A stretch of DNA of 64,000 bases from an uncultured Candidatus Rokubacteria bacterium (GCA_963754315.1 CAVWFS010000016.1:64001-128000); one strand, 5' to 3'; shown: positions 20,674 through 31,836, counted from the stretch's first letter. Notes: generated by a model from the letters alone, not told the origin. Numbers and translations are program-made.

Positions 20674-21965
20674 GGCCGAATCCATCCGCGCATGAATTGT
20701 GGATCGCGCCAGTCCCAGAGCCGGCCGGGATCCCGGTCTATGGGTACAGGGTTGTTGTTCCAGGCGTATCCCTGGCGGCTGGTTGCTGCTCGTCCGTGGA
20801 TCAGGACGCTCACCAGGAGCGACGCTGCGAAGCCGATCGTCAGAGCGCGTGCCCCGATCCCCCCCGACCACGACAGCTTCGCCACGACGGGTGCCAGGAA
20901 GTACACGAGGTAGGGCAGCATATCGGCGAAGAAGCGAGGTCCGAATGAGTCCCCCGCCCACCACGGCCAGATCGAGGACACAACCACCCAGTGCGCGAGG
21001 AGGATCGCGATCAGCCAGCCGTCTAGCTCGTCGCGGTCGACGGCTCTCAGGCGCATCACGGCGCCGGGTACCGCGAAGAGCAGAACTGGTGAAAACACGA
21101 AGAGGCCCCGGGCGGGGCTCGCGAGGTTGCCGGTCATGGCCTCCAGGAGATTATCGGTAGCGCGAAATCCGACACCGCGGTAGTAAGGCGAGAGCAACGC
21201 GCCATACACGGTCCAGTTGAAGGCGGCGAAGGGCACCAGAACGACGGCCACGGCCAGGAGATACCACCATGCCCACGATCGATGGCGCCGAAGCACCAAC
21301 GCTGAGAGGCCGAGGAGAGAGAGCGAGTTGGTTGGCCGGCTGACGTAGGCGAAGGCAAGGGCGAATCCGCCGAGCGGCAGCCACCTCGGCTGCGCGCGCG
21401 CGGCCAGTAACGCTCGGAGCGCCACGGCCAGGCACAGCACCGACGGGGTGTGCTGCCACATCGCGCGGCTCACCGTCGACCAGGCCGCGGTGCCGAAGGC
21501 GAAGACCAGGACGAGAACCACCGCGCGCCACGGCGAGGCGAGGAGCTGAAGGCCCATGCTATAGATGACCACGGCAGTTACGGCCATCAGGACCGAGGCC
21601 ACCTGACGCTCCAGGTGGGCAGGCAGGTTGGGATTCGCGCGGATCCGCTGATCGAGATCAAGGCCCCGGACCACGCGGTCGTACTGCTCGACGACCAGCA
21701 TGAAGGGCATCGCCAGCAGGGAGGCCCCGACCGGATAGATCGAGTACGATTGACGCCCCACCTGCTCGATGGCATATCCCTGCTCCCGGGCAATGACTTC
21801 CCCGTACTCGTCGAGGTTCGTGTCCCCGCGATGAAGCAGGCTGAGCGCGATATAGAGCGACCAGCGTGAATCGAACGAGCTAGTAACGCTGGAGCCGACG
21901 TGGATGCCGAACACGACCAGGAAGACGGCAAGCGGAATGACCCAACGCCGCCGCCTCTCAGCCAT
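20670..21965 (-). CDS. Polytopic membrane protein, probable GT-C fold glycosyltransferase
   Basis: Many TM segments; acidic residue after TM1 (SFDS), SRAMWQH, WWAG.SFGPRF. Confidence 0.6.
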   Translation of the reverse strand: MAERRRRWVIPLAVFLVVFGIHVGSSVTSSFDSRWSLYIALSLLHRGDTNLDEYGEVIAREQGYAIEQVGRQSYSIYPVGASLLAMPFMLVVEQYDRVVRGLDLDQRIRANPNLPAHLERQVASVLMAVTAVVIYSMGLQLLASPWRAVVLVLVFAFGTAAWSTVSRAMWQHTPSVLCLAVALRALLAARAQPRWLPLGGFALAFAYVSRPTNSLSLLGLSALVLRRHRSWAWWYLLAVAVVLVPFAAFNWTVYGALLSPYYRGVGFRATDNLLEAMTGNLASPARGLFVFSPVLLFAVPGAVMRLRAVDRDELDGWLIAILLAHWVVVSSIWPWWAGDSFGPRFFADMLPYLVYFLAPVVAKLSWSGGIGARALTIGFAASLLVSVLIHGRAATSRQGYAWNNNPVPIDRDPGRLWDWRDPQFMRGWIRP

Positions 21966-22731
21966 CGTGTTCGGCGTCGGCGCGTGTGAAGATCAGCCCG
22001 CGAATCTCCTGGCTGAGAGCCTTGAACCGATCGTCGAACTCCATCTCCACTCGACGTGGACGGGTCAGCCCGACCTCGAGTACCCGGGCCAGTCGGCCCG
22101 GGCGTGGGGTCATCACCACCACGCGATCGGCGAGCAGGATAGCCTCCGGGATACTGTGGGTCACGAAGAGGATCGTCTTTCGCCGTTCCTCCCAGATCCG
22201 CAGCAGCTCGAGGCTCATCTCCTCGCGCGTCATGGCGTCGAGGGCGCCAAACGGCTCGTCCATCAGGAGCAGGCTCGGATCGTGGACAAGGGCGCGGCAG
22301 AGGGACACCCGCTGCTGCATGCCGCCCGACAGCTCCCACGGGTACTTGTCGGCGAAGCCGTGCAGGCCCGCCAGCTCCAGCAGATCGCGCGCCCGCCCGC
22401 GATACTCCTCACGGGGCCGGCCGAGCATCTCGATGGAGAACAGCACGTTGTCGAGGACGTTGCGCCAGGGAAGCAGCACCGCGCTCTGGAAGATGAACCC
22501 GACGTCCGGAAAGGGCTCGCGGACCTCCTGGCCGTGAATGGTCACCCGACCCCCTGTGGTCGGCACCAACCCGGCCACCAGCTTGAGCAAGGTGCTCTTG
22601 CCGCAGCCACTCGGCCCCACGATGCTGACGAACTCCTTTTCCTTCACCTCCAGGCTGACATCGGCGAGGGCCTCGACCACGTCGCCCTTTCGCGCGCGGT
22701 AGCTCTTGGTGACCGCGCGCAGCTCGATCAT
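21958..22731 (-). CDS. NitT/TauT-type ABC ATP-binding protein
   Basis: GPSGCGKST, LSGGMQQR, DEPFGALD. Confidence 0.95.
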   Translation of the reverse strand: MIELRAVTKSYRARKGDVVEALADVSLEVKEKEFVSIVGPSGCGKSTLLKLVAGLVPTTGGRVTIHGQEVREPFPDVGFIFQSAVLLPWRNVLDNVLFSIEMLGRPREEYRGRARDLLELAGLHGFADKYPWELSGGMQQRVSLCRALVHDPSLLLMDEPFGALDAMTREEMSLELLRIWEERRKTILFVTHSIPEAILLADRVVVMTPRPGRLARVLEVGLTRPRRVEMEFDDRFKALSQEIRGLIFTRADAEHDG

Positions 22732-24222
22732 GAGACGGGGGCGGCGTAGCGGTTGACGGGATAGGGCAGCGCCACGGCTGCCCGGCAGGCCTGGGCGACA
22801 TAGGGGCTGAGCTCATCGGCGAGCCGCCAGGCATCGGCGTTGGCCGCCCGGATGCGATCGGCCGCGGCCTGGGCCCGCGCGCGCAGCCGCTCCTCGTCCA
22901 CCGTGAGCACGCGCCCACCCCGCACGACGACGCGTCCCCCGACGAGCACCGTGTCGACATCGGCCCCGGTCTCCGCGTACACGAGCGCGCCCAGAGCGTC
23001 GTTGAGCGGCCGCAAGAAGGTCGAGTCGGCGCGCAGAAGAACGAGATCGGCCAGGCGGCCCGGCGCGACGACACCGAGATCGTCACCCAGGCCAAGCAGA
23101 CGCGCGCTGCCGCGCGTGGCGAGCGACCAGACCTCGGCGGCCTGCAGCCAGCGCGTGCTGTCGTGGGGAAAGCGCACGTTGCCGACCAGCGCCGCCACCC
23201 GCATAGCCTCGAAGAGATTCAGGTTATCGGACGACATGGCGCCGTCCGTACCCAGGCCCACGGTGACTCCCGCCTCCAGCATCTCGCGAACGGCGGCGAT
23301 GCCACTGCCGAGACGCAGGTTGCTGGCCGGGTTGTGGGCGATGGCGGCGCCCGCGTCGCCAAGCCGCTTGATGTCCTCCGTGGTGAGCCATACACCGTGG
23401 GCGCCCACAAAGCGTGGGTTGAGGAGACCAAGCTCCTCGAGGTGGGCGACGGCAGTCTTGCCCCAGCGCTTCTGGGAAGCGATGGCTTGCACTTTCGACT
23501 CGGCCAAGTGGGTATGAAGAAGGGCACCGTGATCGCGGGCGAGGCGAGCGCAACCCTGGAGGAAAGCCTCGCTGCACTGGGTGGGAATCGTCGGAGCCAG
23601 TGCCGCGCGGATCCGACCACCCGAGGTGCCCGGCCAGCGCCGAAGAATGTCCTCGCTGAGGCGCAGCAGCCCCTCGGTTGGCGCCGAGCGGATGCTGTCG
23701 ACCGTCTGACGCAAGGATTTCGGCAGGAGATCGAGGAGGCCAGGCACCGTGTTGTAGAACACGAGATCAGCCACCGCGGGCGCGATCACCGCGCGCATCC
23801 CCACGTCGTCGTAGGCGCGAGCGATGGCTTCGGCGTCATCGGGCCCCGGCGCCGGCAACCCCATGAAAAGGTCGTAGGCACCTGTGCATCCGGTCTTCAA
23901 CATCTCCACCGCGCCGATGGCGGCCGATACATAGTGGTCCTCGGGGGTGCGGTTGGCGTTGAGGGCAGGCCCGTGGTTCAGGAGATCCTCGAGCGTCCAG
24001 CGGCCGGCGAGGCCTCGCAGGAGGTTGTTGTGGGCGTGGGTGTGGGCATTGGCAAACCCAGGGATGACGAGGAAACCGGCCGCGTCGAGGATCTCGGTGT
24101 TTGCGGCAGAGGCGAGGTGAGGCGCGACGGCGTTGATCCGTTCGCCGTCGATGAGGACGTCGGCAAGGGCGAGTCGCCCGCTCTGCGCCGAGGACGTGAC
24201 CGCCGCGGATGAGCAGGGCCAT
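22728..24222 (-). CDS. Amidohydrolase (Atz/Trz/MTA-SAH deaminase family); frameshift near 24165
   Basis: PGFANAHTH, HTHLAES, GAHGVWL, GLGTDG; N-terminus MALLIRGG is in another frame. Confidence 0.88.
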
Positions 24223-24226
24223 GGCG

Positions 24227-25237
24227 CTACTTCCGCTCGGGCAGAAGGTCGTTGGTGTAGAGCTCGTCGCCCGAAGCCTTCCGCTTCAGCTGCATGTACT
24301 GGGTGTAGACGTCGCGCGATTTGTCGACGCGAGCGGGCTCGAACTGGCCCACGGCGACTTTCCCGCTGGTGACCTCTTCCGTGAACGCGTAGCGGCTCGC
24401 CACGGTGGCGGCGCCCAGGGCCGCGTCGAAGTCGACCTCCGGGTTGGATTTCAGGAGAATTCGCGAGCCCTCCTCCAGGTTCTGGGGCGCGAAGGCGTGC
24501 TTCATCCCCCGGATGGATCCGCGCAGGAAGGCTCGGAGCACATCGGCGTCCTTCGCGATGGAATCCTCACGGGCGAAGATCACCAGCGAGTACATGTCGA
24601 AGCCGGCATCGGCGTACGAGATGCGCTTGAGGGTCTGCCCCTGGGCCTTGGCCTGCTTTTGCAAGCGCGCCTCGTGGTTGGCGAAGAAGGGGGCGCCGTC
24701 GACGCGTCCGGTGATGAGGGCGGGGCCCATGGCGGCCCCGTCCATGGTGACCCACTTCACGCTATCCGCATTGAACCCAGCCAGCTGAGCTAAGAGCGGG
24801 AAGAGGATCTGGTGACTGTTGCCCGGCGTGATGGAAAGAGTCCTGCCCGCCAGATCTTTCGCCGAATTGATACCGGTTCCTTCGCGCACGAAGATGGAGT
24901 GAGGCGGCCGCCGGAAGTAGGCGGCGATGGCCTTCACCCGGATGTCCTCGTTGGCGCGGGCGCCGGTGAGCGCGCTGAAGTCGGCGCTGCCTGCCTCCCC
25001 CTGACCCACCGCGATGCGCTTGATGGTGTCACCCGACCCCGCCCCGCGAAGGATTTTCACGTCGAGGCCTTCCTCCCTGTACCACCCCTTGTCGAGCGCC
25101 GTGAAGTAAGGCGTGTATTCGCCGTAGGGGAGAAAGTCGAGGATGAAGGTGAACGGGCGGGCCGGTTTGGGCTGGGCGTCCACCAGGGCGACGAGAGTGA
25201 GCAGGGCCGCGACGACAGCTGCCATACGACCGATCAT
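24227..25237 (-). CDS. NMT1/THI5-like ABC substrate-binding protein
   Basis: Signal peptide; ALDKGWYREEGLDVKI.RG.GS. Confidence 0.85.
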   Translation of the reverse strand: MIGRMAAVVAALLTLVALVDAQPKPARPFTFILDFLPYGEYTPYFTALDKGWYREEGLDVKILRGAGSGDTIKRIAVGQGEAGSADFSALTGARANEDIRVKAIAAYFRRPPHSIFVREGTGINSAKDLAGRTLSITPGNSHQILFPLLAQLAGFNADSVKWVTMDGAAMGPALITGRVDGAPFFANHEARLQKQAKAQGQTLKRISYADAGFDMYSLVIFAREDSIAKDADVLRAFLRGSIRGMKHAFAPQNLEEGSRILLKSNPEVDFDAALGAATVASRYAFTEEVTSGKVAVGQFEPARVDKSRDVYTQYMQLKRKASGDELYTNDLLPERK

Positions 25238-25356
25238 GGCGGACCTCCTTGAGGATGCCGACGGTGGCCCGAAGGTACCATGCCCACCCGCGCGCACGCC
25301 GTGGTACCGTCGTGCCGCCAGGCCTGGACGTGCAGGAGGACGGCCGAGGAACTGCG

Positions 25357-27255
25357 ATGGATGACGAGAAGGATGTCGAAGTGGCCAACCCGTCAGACAA
25401 TTCCACGTTCGCGGCGGTCCTCGAGGCGAGGCTCGGGCGACGTGCTCTCCTGGCCGGTGCCGCCATGGGCCTGGCGGCGGCCGCCTGCGCCCCCCTCGCC
25501 GAGCCACGCGGCAGCGCTGACCACGTAGGTGTGGACTTCGCGCCGGTAGCGCCCTCGACCGATGACACGCTGGTCGTGCCCCGCGGGTACCGCGCCCAGG
25601 TCCTCTTGCGGTGGGGCGATCCATTGTTCCCCGGTGTCCCCGCGTTCGACCCTACCGCCCAGACGGCGGCGGCGCAGGCTCGGCAGTTCGGGTACGACAA
25701 TGACTTCGTCGGCTATCTCCCGCTGCCTCGCGGGAGCCGCTCATCGACCCGCGGCCTGCTCGGCGTAAACCATGAGAACGCGCGCTCGGCGCTGATGTGG
25801 CCACGCTGGAATGCTCAGATCGCCAGCAAGACTCGCGCGATGGTCGACGTCGAGATCGCCGCCCACGGCTTTACGGTGGTGGAAGTCCGGCGGCACCCGA
25901 GCGGCGAGTGGTCGTACGTGCTCGATTCGCCCTACAACCGGCGCCTCACCGCGAACACCCCCATGACGCTCCGCGGCCCCGCAGCCGGCCACCCGCTCGT
26001 GCGGACCTCAGCTGACCCTACCGGTCTCTCCGTGCTCGGCACACTCAATAACTGCGCGGGCGGAGTCACGCCGTGGGGGACCATCCTGACCGGCGAGGAG
26101 AACCTGTGGGTCTACTTCGACGGCAAGCCTGACGAGCTTGCCGACGAGAGCTTGCGCGCATTGCACAAGCGCTACGGGGTAGGAGGCGGCCGCTACGGCT
26201 GGGGTGCTCACCACGGCCGTTTCGATGTTCGCCGGGAGCCGAACGAGCCGAACCGTTTCGGATGGGTTGTCGAGATCGACCCGTACGATTCGAGCTCGGT
26301 CCCTGTGAAGCACACAGCGCTTGGTCGCATGGCGCACGAGGGCGCCACCGTCGCCATCTCGAAGCGCGGGCGGCCTGTGGTCTATATGGGCGACGACGCG
26401 CGGTTCGAATACCTTTACAAGTTCGTTGCCGACGGTCGCTACGATCCCGACGATCGCGCCGGCGCAATGCGCCTCCTCGAGCGCGGCACCCTCTGGGTGG
26501 CGCGGTTCCGCGACGATGGCACCGGGGAATGGCTGCCGCTGGTCATGGGCAGCGGCCCCCTCACCGAGGCGGCCGGGTTCCACTCCCAGGCCGATGTCGT
26601 GATCAACGCGCGTCGGGCGGCCGACCTGCTGGGCGCGACGAAGATGGATCGTCCGGAGGACGTGGAACCAAGCCCGGTGACCGGGAAGGTCTACGTCGTG
26701 ATGACGGGCAACGAGCGGCGCACGGCGGCACAGCTCGACAAGGCCAACCCGCGGGCGAGCGTGAAGTACGGCCACATCATCGAGCTGCTCGAGGATGGCG
26801 GCGACCATACGGCCCCGCGCTTCCGCTGGGAGATGTTCATCCTGGCCGGCGACCCTCGCGAGCCAGCGCATCGAGCGGCGTACCAGGGTCGAACTGACGT
26901 GAATCCGTTCGCGATGCCCGACAACATCGGGTTCGACGACCGCGGTCGCCTGTGGGTCACGACGGATGGAAACGACGAGACCTTGGGCCCGAACGACGGC
27001 GTGTGGGTGGTGGACACCGAAGGTCCCGACCGCGGCCGCGCTCGCCAGTTCCTCTCAGGCCCGATCGGAGCCGAGCTGTGCGGCCCGGCCTTCACGCCGG
27101 ACTACCGTACGGTCTTCGTGGCCGTCCAGCATCCGGGCAGCGTCCCCAAGGTTACCTACGATAAGCCGGGCAGCCGATTCCCCGACTACCGACCCGACAT
27201 GCCGCCACGACCCTCCGTGCTGGCGATCTACCGCGAGGCGGGGTCGTCCCGGTAG
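25357..27255 (+). CDS. phoX: PhoX family alkaline phosphatase (Tat-exported)
   Basis: GRRALL Tat motif, VNHE, NNCAGG.TPWGT.LTGEEN, GRMAHE, MDRPED, PDN, QHPG. Confidence 0.93.
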   Translation: MDDEKDVEVANPSDNSTFAAVLEARLGRRALLAGAAMGLAAAACAPLAEPRGSADHVGVDFAPVAPSTDDTLVVPRGYRAQVLLRWGDPLFPGVPAFDPTAQTAAAQARQFGYDNDFVGYLPLPRGSRSSTRGLLGVNHENARSALMWPRWNAQIASKTRAMVDVEIAAHGFTVVEVRRHPSGEWSYVLDSPYNRRLTANTPMTLRGPAAGHPLVRTSADPTGLSVLGTLNNCAGGVTPWGTILTGEENLWVYFDGKPDELADESLRALHKRYGVGGGRYGWGAHHGRFDVRREPNEPNRFGWVVEIDPYDSSSVPVKHTALGRMAHEGATVAISKRGRPVVYMGDDARFEYLYKFVADGRYDPDDRAGAMRLLERGTLWVARFRDDGTGEWLPLVMGSGPLTEAAGFHSQADVVINARRAADLLGATKMDRPEDVEPSPVTGKVYVVMTGNERRTAAQLDKANPRASVKYGHIIELLEDGGDHTAPRFRWEMFILAGDPREPAHRAAYQGRTDVNPFAMPDNIGFDDRGRLWVTTDGNDETLGPNDGVWVVDTEGPDRGRARQFLSGPIGAELCGPAFTPDYRTVFVAVQHPGSVPKVTYDKPGSRFPDYRPDMPPRPSVLAIYREAGSSR

Positions 27256-27322
27256 GCAGCGTCGTGGCCCCTCGATCAGGATTGCGGGCGCGAAGGCTGG
27301 TGACGAGCACCCGTACGGCAGC

Positions 27323-28756
27323 ATGATCGACTTGGTCATTCGCAATGGTCGCGTGGTGACGCCGGCCGGCGTCATGCACGGTGGAGTCGCGGTGGCGGGG
27401 GAGGCGATCGTGGCGGTCGGAGCCGACCGGACCCTACCGCCGGCAAGACGGACGATCGACGCCCATGAGCAGTATGTCCTTCCTGGCCTCATCGACGCGC
27501 ACGTCCACATGGCCAGCGAGGAGGATGCCTCCATCGCTGCCGGCCTCGAGGCCAACATGCCCGTCGAGACCGAGGGGGCCCTCTACGGCGGGGTGACGAC
27601 CTTCGGCCACTTCGTGGGACAGCGCAACGAGCCTCTGGTGCCCAATGTGCTGACCACGATCCGCGAGGGCGACCGATGGTCGCACGTCGACTACTTCATG
27701 CACGCGATCGTCAGCACCGAGTCGCACTTCGCGGAGCAGCCCGAGGTCTACGGGCTCGGAGTCACCTCCTTCAAGCACTTCTTCAACGCCTACCGGCCCC
27801 GGCCAGGCGAGGGACTCTCGTGGCTCGGTGGGCCGTCCGACGCGGGCATGCTCTTCCGCTCGCTGCGCTTCTGCGCCGACGCCGAGCATCCAGGCGTGGT
27901 GATCGTCCACGCGGAGGATATCGATCTCATCGTCGTGCTTGAGGAAGAGCTGCAGGCCACCGGACGGCGCGACCTTGGCGCCTGGAGCGAGGCGCGGCCC
28001 AACGCGGCCGAGGCGAGCCGCATCGCCATGGCGATCGAGCTGGCCAAGCAGGCCGGGGCTCCTCTGTATGTCGCCCACCTGTCCACGGGTGAGGGCGCCG
28101 ACCTGGTGGCAGCCGCTCGGCGTGAGGGCTGGCCGCTTTGGGCGGAGGTGACGCCCCACCACCTGACCCACACCGGGGCCATGGAGGCGGAGATCGGATG
28201 CTGGGGCAAAGTGAATCCCCCGTTGCGCGGGGCCCGGGATCTCGAACGGTTGTGGCGGGCGTTTCACGATGGCGGGATCACCTGCCTCGGCTCTGACCAC
28301 GGGACAGGCGGACGGACGCGGGCGACCAAGGAGAAAGGCGGCGGCAAGCACGACAACATCTGGGCAGCGCGGTCGGGCAACCGCGGAGGGATGGAGCACT
28401 TCCTTCCGGTGCTGATGACGTCGGGGGTCAACGCAGGGCGAATCTCGATCGAGGATCTCGTGCGCGTCGGCTCGACGAACACCGCCAAGGCGTTCGGACT
28501 TTACCCGCGCAAAGGGGCCTTGATCCCGGGAGCAGACGCCGACATCGTCATCGTCGATCCGGACCTGGAGGCCACGGTGGATGACGATTTCTATCACTGC
28601 CTGTGCGAGGTCAGCGTCTACCGAGGGTGGAAATTCAAGGGACTGGCCCGGACGACGATGGTTCGGGGACGGATCATGATGGAGGATCGGGTCACCGTCG
28701 GTTCCACGGGGTGGGGCCGCTACCTGCCGCGTGGCCGCGAGGCGAGCACGGTCTGA
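27323..28756 (+). CDS. Cyclic amidohydrolase (dihydroorotase/allantoinase/hydantoinase family)
   Basis: PGLIDAHVH, SFK (carboxy-Lys), VHAED, KVNPPLR, GSDH, GADADIV. Confidence 0.88.
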   Translation: MIDLVIRNGRVVTPAGVMHGGVAVAGEAIVAVGADRTLPPARRTIDAHEQYVLPGLIDAHVHMASEEDASIAAGLEANMPVETEGALYGGVTTFGHFVGQRNEPLVPNVLTTIREGDRWSHVDYFMHAIVSTESHFAEQPEVYGLGVTSFKHFFNAYRPRPGEGLSWLGGPSDAGMLFRSLRFCADAEHPGVVIVHAEDIDLIVVLEEELQATGRRDLGAWSEARPNAAEASRIAMAIELAKQAGAPLYVAHLSTGEGADLVAAARREGWPLWAEVTPHHLTHTGAMEAEIGCWGKVNPPLRGARDLERLWRAFHDGGITCLGSDHGTGGRTRATKEKGGGKHDNIWAARSGNRGGMEHFLPVLMTSGVNAGRISIEDLVRVGSTNTAKAFGLYPRKGALIPGADADIVIVDPDLEATVDDDFYHCLCEVSVYRGWKFKGLARTTMVRGRIMMEDRVTVGSTGWGRYLPRGREASTV

Positions 28757-28793
28757 ACGGAGCACCAGGCTCGCCATGTGGGTCGACACGAGG

Positions 28794-29946
28794 TCAGGCG
28801 ATGAGCGTATCGGTCCAGAGGCGGTCGGCGAACACCCGCGAGGGGAGGATGTCGATTCCGTCGTCAGTGCGCCGAGGGCGCGACTCGAGACAGACGACGA
28901 TTCGGCGCTTCACCCGGGGGTACTCCTGGGCGAATTCGCGAAGCCCGACCAGGTGATCGCGGTGCACATTAGTGCTGGCCTTCGCCTCGATGGCGACCTC
29001 GGCGGCCTCGATGACAAAGTCCACCTCGATTCCGCTGGCGAGCCGCCAGTACGCAAGGTCCTCGAACGTCCGCCGGTACGCGCGGTATGCAGTCAGCTCG
29101 TGACATACCCAGTTCTCGAATGCCTTGCCGAATAGCTCCGCCCCGGGTTGGAGCGGACCTCGACGGGCGAGCAGATTCACCACACCCACGTCCGCGAAAT
29201 AGAATTTCGGGGACTGGATGACCCGGCGCTTTGGCCGACGACGATACGCCGGGAGCCATCGGCCCAGCAGGGTGTCGATCAGGATCTGGAAGTATTCCTT
29301 GACCGTGGGCGCAGATGCTCCACAGTCGCGGGCGACGCTCGCGAAGTTGACTACTTCGGCATCGGAGAGCACGGCGGCCTGGAGGAATCCCGAGAAGGTC
29401 GGGAGGTTGCGCACCGAGTCCTTCCGCCGCGATCTCCTCCTTGAGGTAGTCGTCGACATAGGCGCGGAGCATACGCTCGGGGAGACTCCCGAGATAGTGG
29501 CGGGGCAGATAGCCGTGGTTGAGCATTCGCACGACGTCGAACTCAGCCCCGATCTCCGCTGAGACTAGGCCGAAGAGCTCGTAGCGCAGGGCTCGTCCCC
29601 CGAGAAGATTGGCGGCGCCGCGGCGCACCTTGCGCGCGCTGGATCCGCACAGGACGAACCTCGTGCGGCGGTTCTCGATCAGCCAGTGGACCTCGTCGAG
29701 CAGGGCGGGCACCTTCTGGACCTCATCGATCACGACCAGAGATCCGGCCGGCTGGGCGAGCAATTCCTCGCGTAGGAGCGCCGGCCGCTGGGCATAGCGG
29801 GCAAAATCGTCCGTCTTCAACAAATCGATCCAGATCGCATCAGGGTACGTCGCCCGGAGCAGCGAGGTCTTGCCTGTCTGGCGCGGGCCCCAGAGGAAAA
29901 ACGACTGCTCTGGCCGCTCAGGGAGGACAAGCTGGCGACTCAGCAT
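28794..29946 (-). CDS. AAA_14 ATPase with DUF4143 domain; frameshift near 29420
   Basis: GPRQTGKT, IDEVQK, GSSA, PKFYFADVG, EVDFV...IEAK. Confidence 0.88.
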
Positions 29947-30006
29947 CGATTTACTTTATCATGATAATCAAAACCTAAACTTTGTCGACTCAGCGAGGAG
30001 GCCACG

Positions 30007-31017
30007 ATGCGCGTCAAGTTCGGGATCAACTTCATGCCAACCGCCCCGCCCCCGGAGGTGGTGGGCTGGGCTCGGGAGGTGGAGCGGCTCGGCTACGAGA
30101 TCCTGGGGATCTCGGACTCCCAGTCAATCTGCCGGGACGTCTACGTCACCCTGGCCCTCTGCGCGACTCACACCGAGCGGATCCGCTTCGGATCACGAGT
30201 CATCACCCCGCTCACCAGGCACCCTGCCGTGGCGGCGGCGGCGGCCGGCACCTTGGAGGAGCTGGCGCCGGGGCGGACCATGATCGGCATCGGCAGCGGC
30301 GACAGCGCCGCCTATAACCTCGGCCTAAAGGCCGCTCCGCTCGCGGAGCTGCGCGAATACACCCTGACCGTGCGCGAGCTGCTGACGACGGGCACGGCCG
30401 TCTATCACGACAAGCCGGCGCGCTTGACCTGGACGCGCGCAAAGATCCCCATCTACCTGGCGGCGTCCGGACCCAAAACTCTGCGACTGGCCGGGGAGAT
30501 CGCCGATGGGGTCGTCATCCGCACGGGGCTCTTGCCCGAGATCGTGCGCGACTCGATCGATCAGGTCCGCGCCGGCGCTCGGGCCGCTGGGCGGAATCCC
30601 GAAGAGGTCGACATGTGGTGGTGGCCAGACGTGAACGTCGCGGGTAGCTATCGCGAGGCCGTCGAGGAGATCGCCATGTCCCTCGCCGCGGCTGGCAACC
30701 ATCTGACCCGCTTCACGACCGAGGGCAAGCACATTCCGCCCGAGCTGCTGCCGAAGGTGAGGGAGCTGGGGGCGCGCTACACGTTCGCCGATCATGTCAT
30801 GCCGGGCAGCGCTAACTGCCGGCTGATCCAGGAGCTGGGGCTGGTGGACTACCTGGCCGAACGGTTCGCGGCCGTTGGAACTCCGGCTGACTGCATCGCC
30901 AAGCTCGAGCGCGCGGTGGAAGCGGGCGCCCGGCAGTTCTGGATGAGCGTCCACTTCGACGACAAGATCCGGTTCATGCGCGACTGGGCCACGAAGGTCA
31001 TGCCAGCTTTTCGCTGA
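30007..31017 (+). CDS. LLM-class flavin/F420-dependent oxidoreductase (Mer-like)
   Basis: SDSQ, TRHPAV, GIGSGDS, IYLAASGPKTLRLAGEIADG. Confidence 0.9.
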   Translation: MRVKFGINFMPTAPPPEVVGWAREVERLGYEILGISDSQSICRDVYVTLALCATHTERIRFGSRVITPLTRHPAVAAAAAGTLEELAPGRTMIGIGSGDSAAYNLGLKAAPLAELREYTLTVRELLTTGTAVYHDKPARLTWTRAKIPIYLAASGPKTLRLAGEIADGVVIRTGLLPEIVRDSIDQVRAGARAAGRNPEEVDMWWWPDVNVAGSYREAVEEIAMSLAAAGNHLTRFTTEGKHIPPELLPKVRELGARYTFADHVMPGSANCRLIQELGLVDYLAERFAAVGTPADCIAKLERAVEAGARQFWMSVHFDDKIRFMRDWATKVMPAFR

Positions 31018-31100
31018 GGCGCGGGCCCAGGAGGGGCGGCCCATCGACACTCCCCGGTGCTCGACCCGCTGTGCCCGGTGATCTTGTACTGCCGCGCCAC

Positions 31101-31836
31101 TCACCGGATTGTCTTGAGGGAGCGTCTGCGGCCTGGTCCCGCAGCCAGTCGTCTGCACCCGGCAGCGTTCGGATCGAAGGGCCGCAGGCTGTAGTAGGCA
31201 ATCAGCGGGAAGTAGCGGTCGGCAAGGCGCCGCAGTTCACGCACTGGCTCGGGGTTCAGATCTACACGCAGGTCGACAGTCGCGAAGGGCTCGCGGTCGA
31301 CGACGTAGAGTCCGGCCGACTGCTCGCCGTCGGGCTGGCCGCCTGCGCGCTTGCCCTCCTCGAGGGCGGCAAGCAGGCGCTCCCACAGCGGTCTGGTCGT
31401 GCTCGGCCTGGAAACTGGTGAACATGGCGTCGACCACGTCGGGCCCGACCACCGCGTTGGCGGCCGCGACCACGTTGCGGGCCGCACGGTGCCCGGCCCA
31501 GGGGCGGTTGCCGGATCCCGTACGGCCGGCGGCGTGGCCGCTCACGTCGAGGCATCCGAGCTGCCGCCGCTCCGCGTGCGTGTCGCTGGCCGCGATCTCC
31601 TCGAGCGCCCGGGGTGCCGAGTAGCCGGGCCGCATCAGGTTGAGGCCGAGAAAGCCGAGGCGTGGATTCGTGCTGGCCTGGGTGAGGACGGCCCCGACGT
31701 TGGGCGCCACGTGAATGCAGCGCGAGCCGACCGCCATCTCGCTGGTGGCAATCGCGACGCCCAGCATGCCCGTGCGCTCACACCGCCCGATCAGCGAGAA
31801 CGTCGTGAACTCGATACCGAGCGTGTCCACGAGCAC
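31101..31836 (-). CDS. DUF1028 Ntn-hydrolase family protein; frameshifted, 3' end uncertain
   Basis: TFSLIGRC..TG.LGVA..T..MAVG.RC; QSAGL, VDLRVD. Confidence 0.8.

Noticed and set aside
28794..29946. Programmed frameshifting in split genes (AAA_14, amidohydrolase, HEAT)
   Set aside because: No slippery heptamers noticed at the shift sites, and the many indels across the window favour sequencing error
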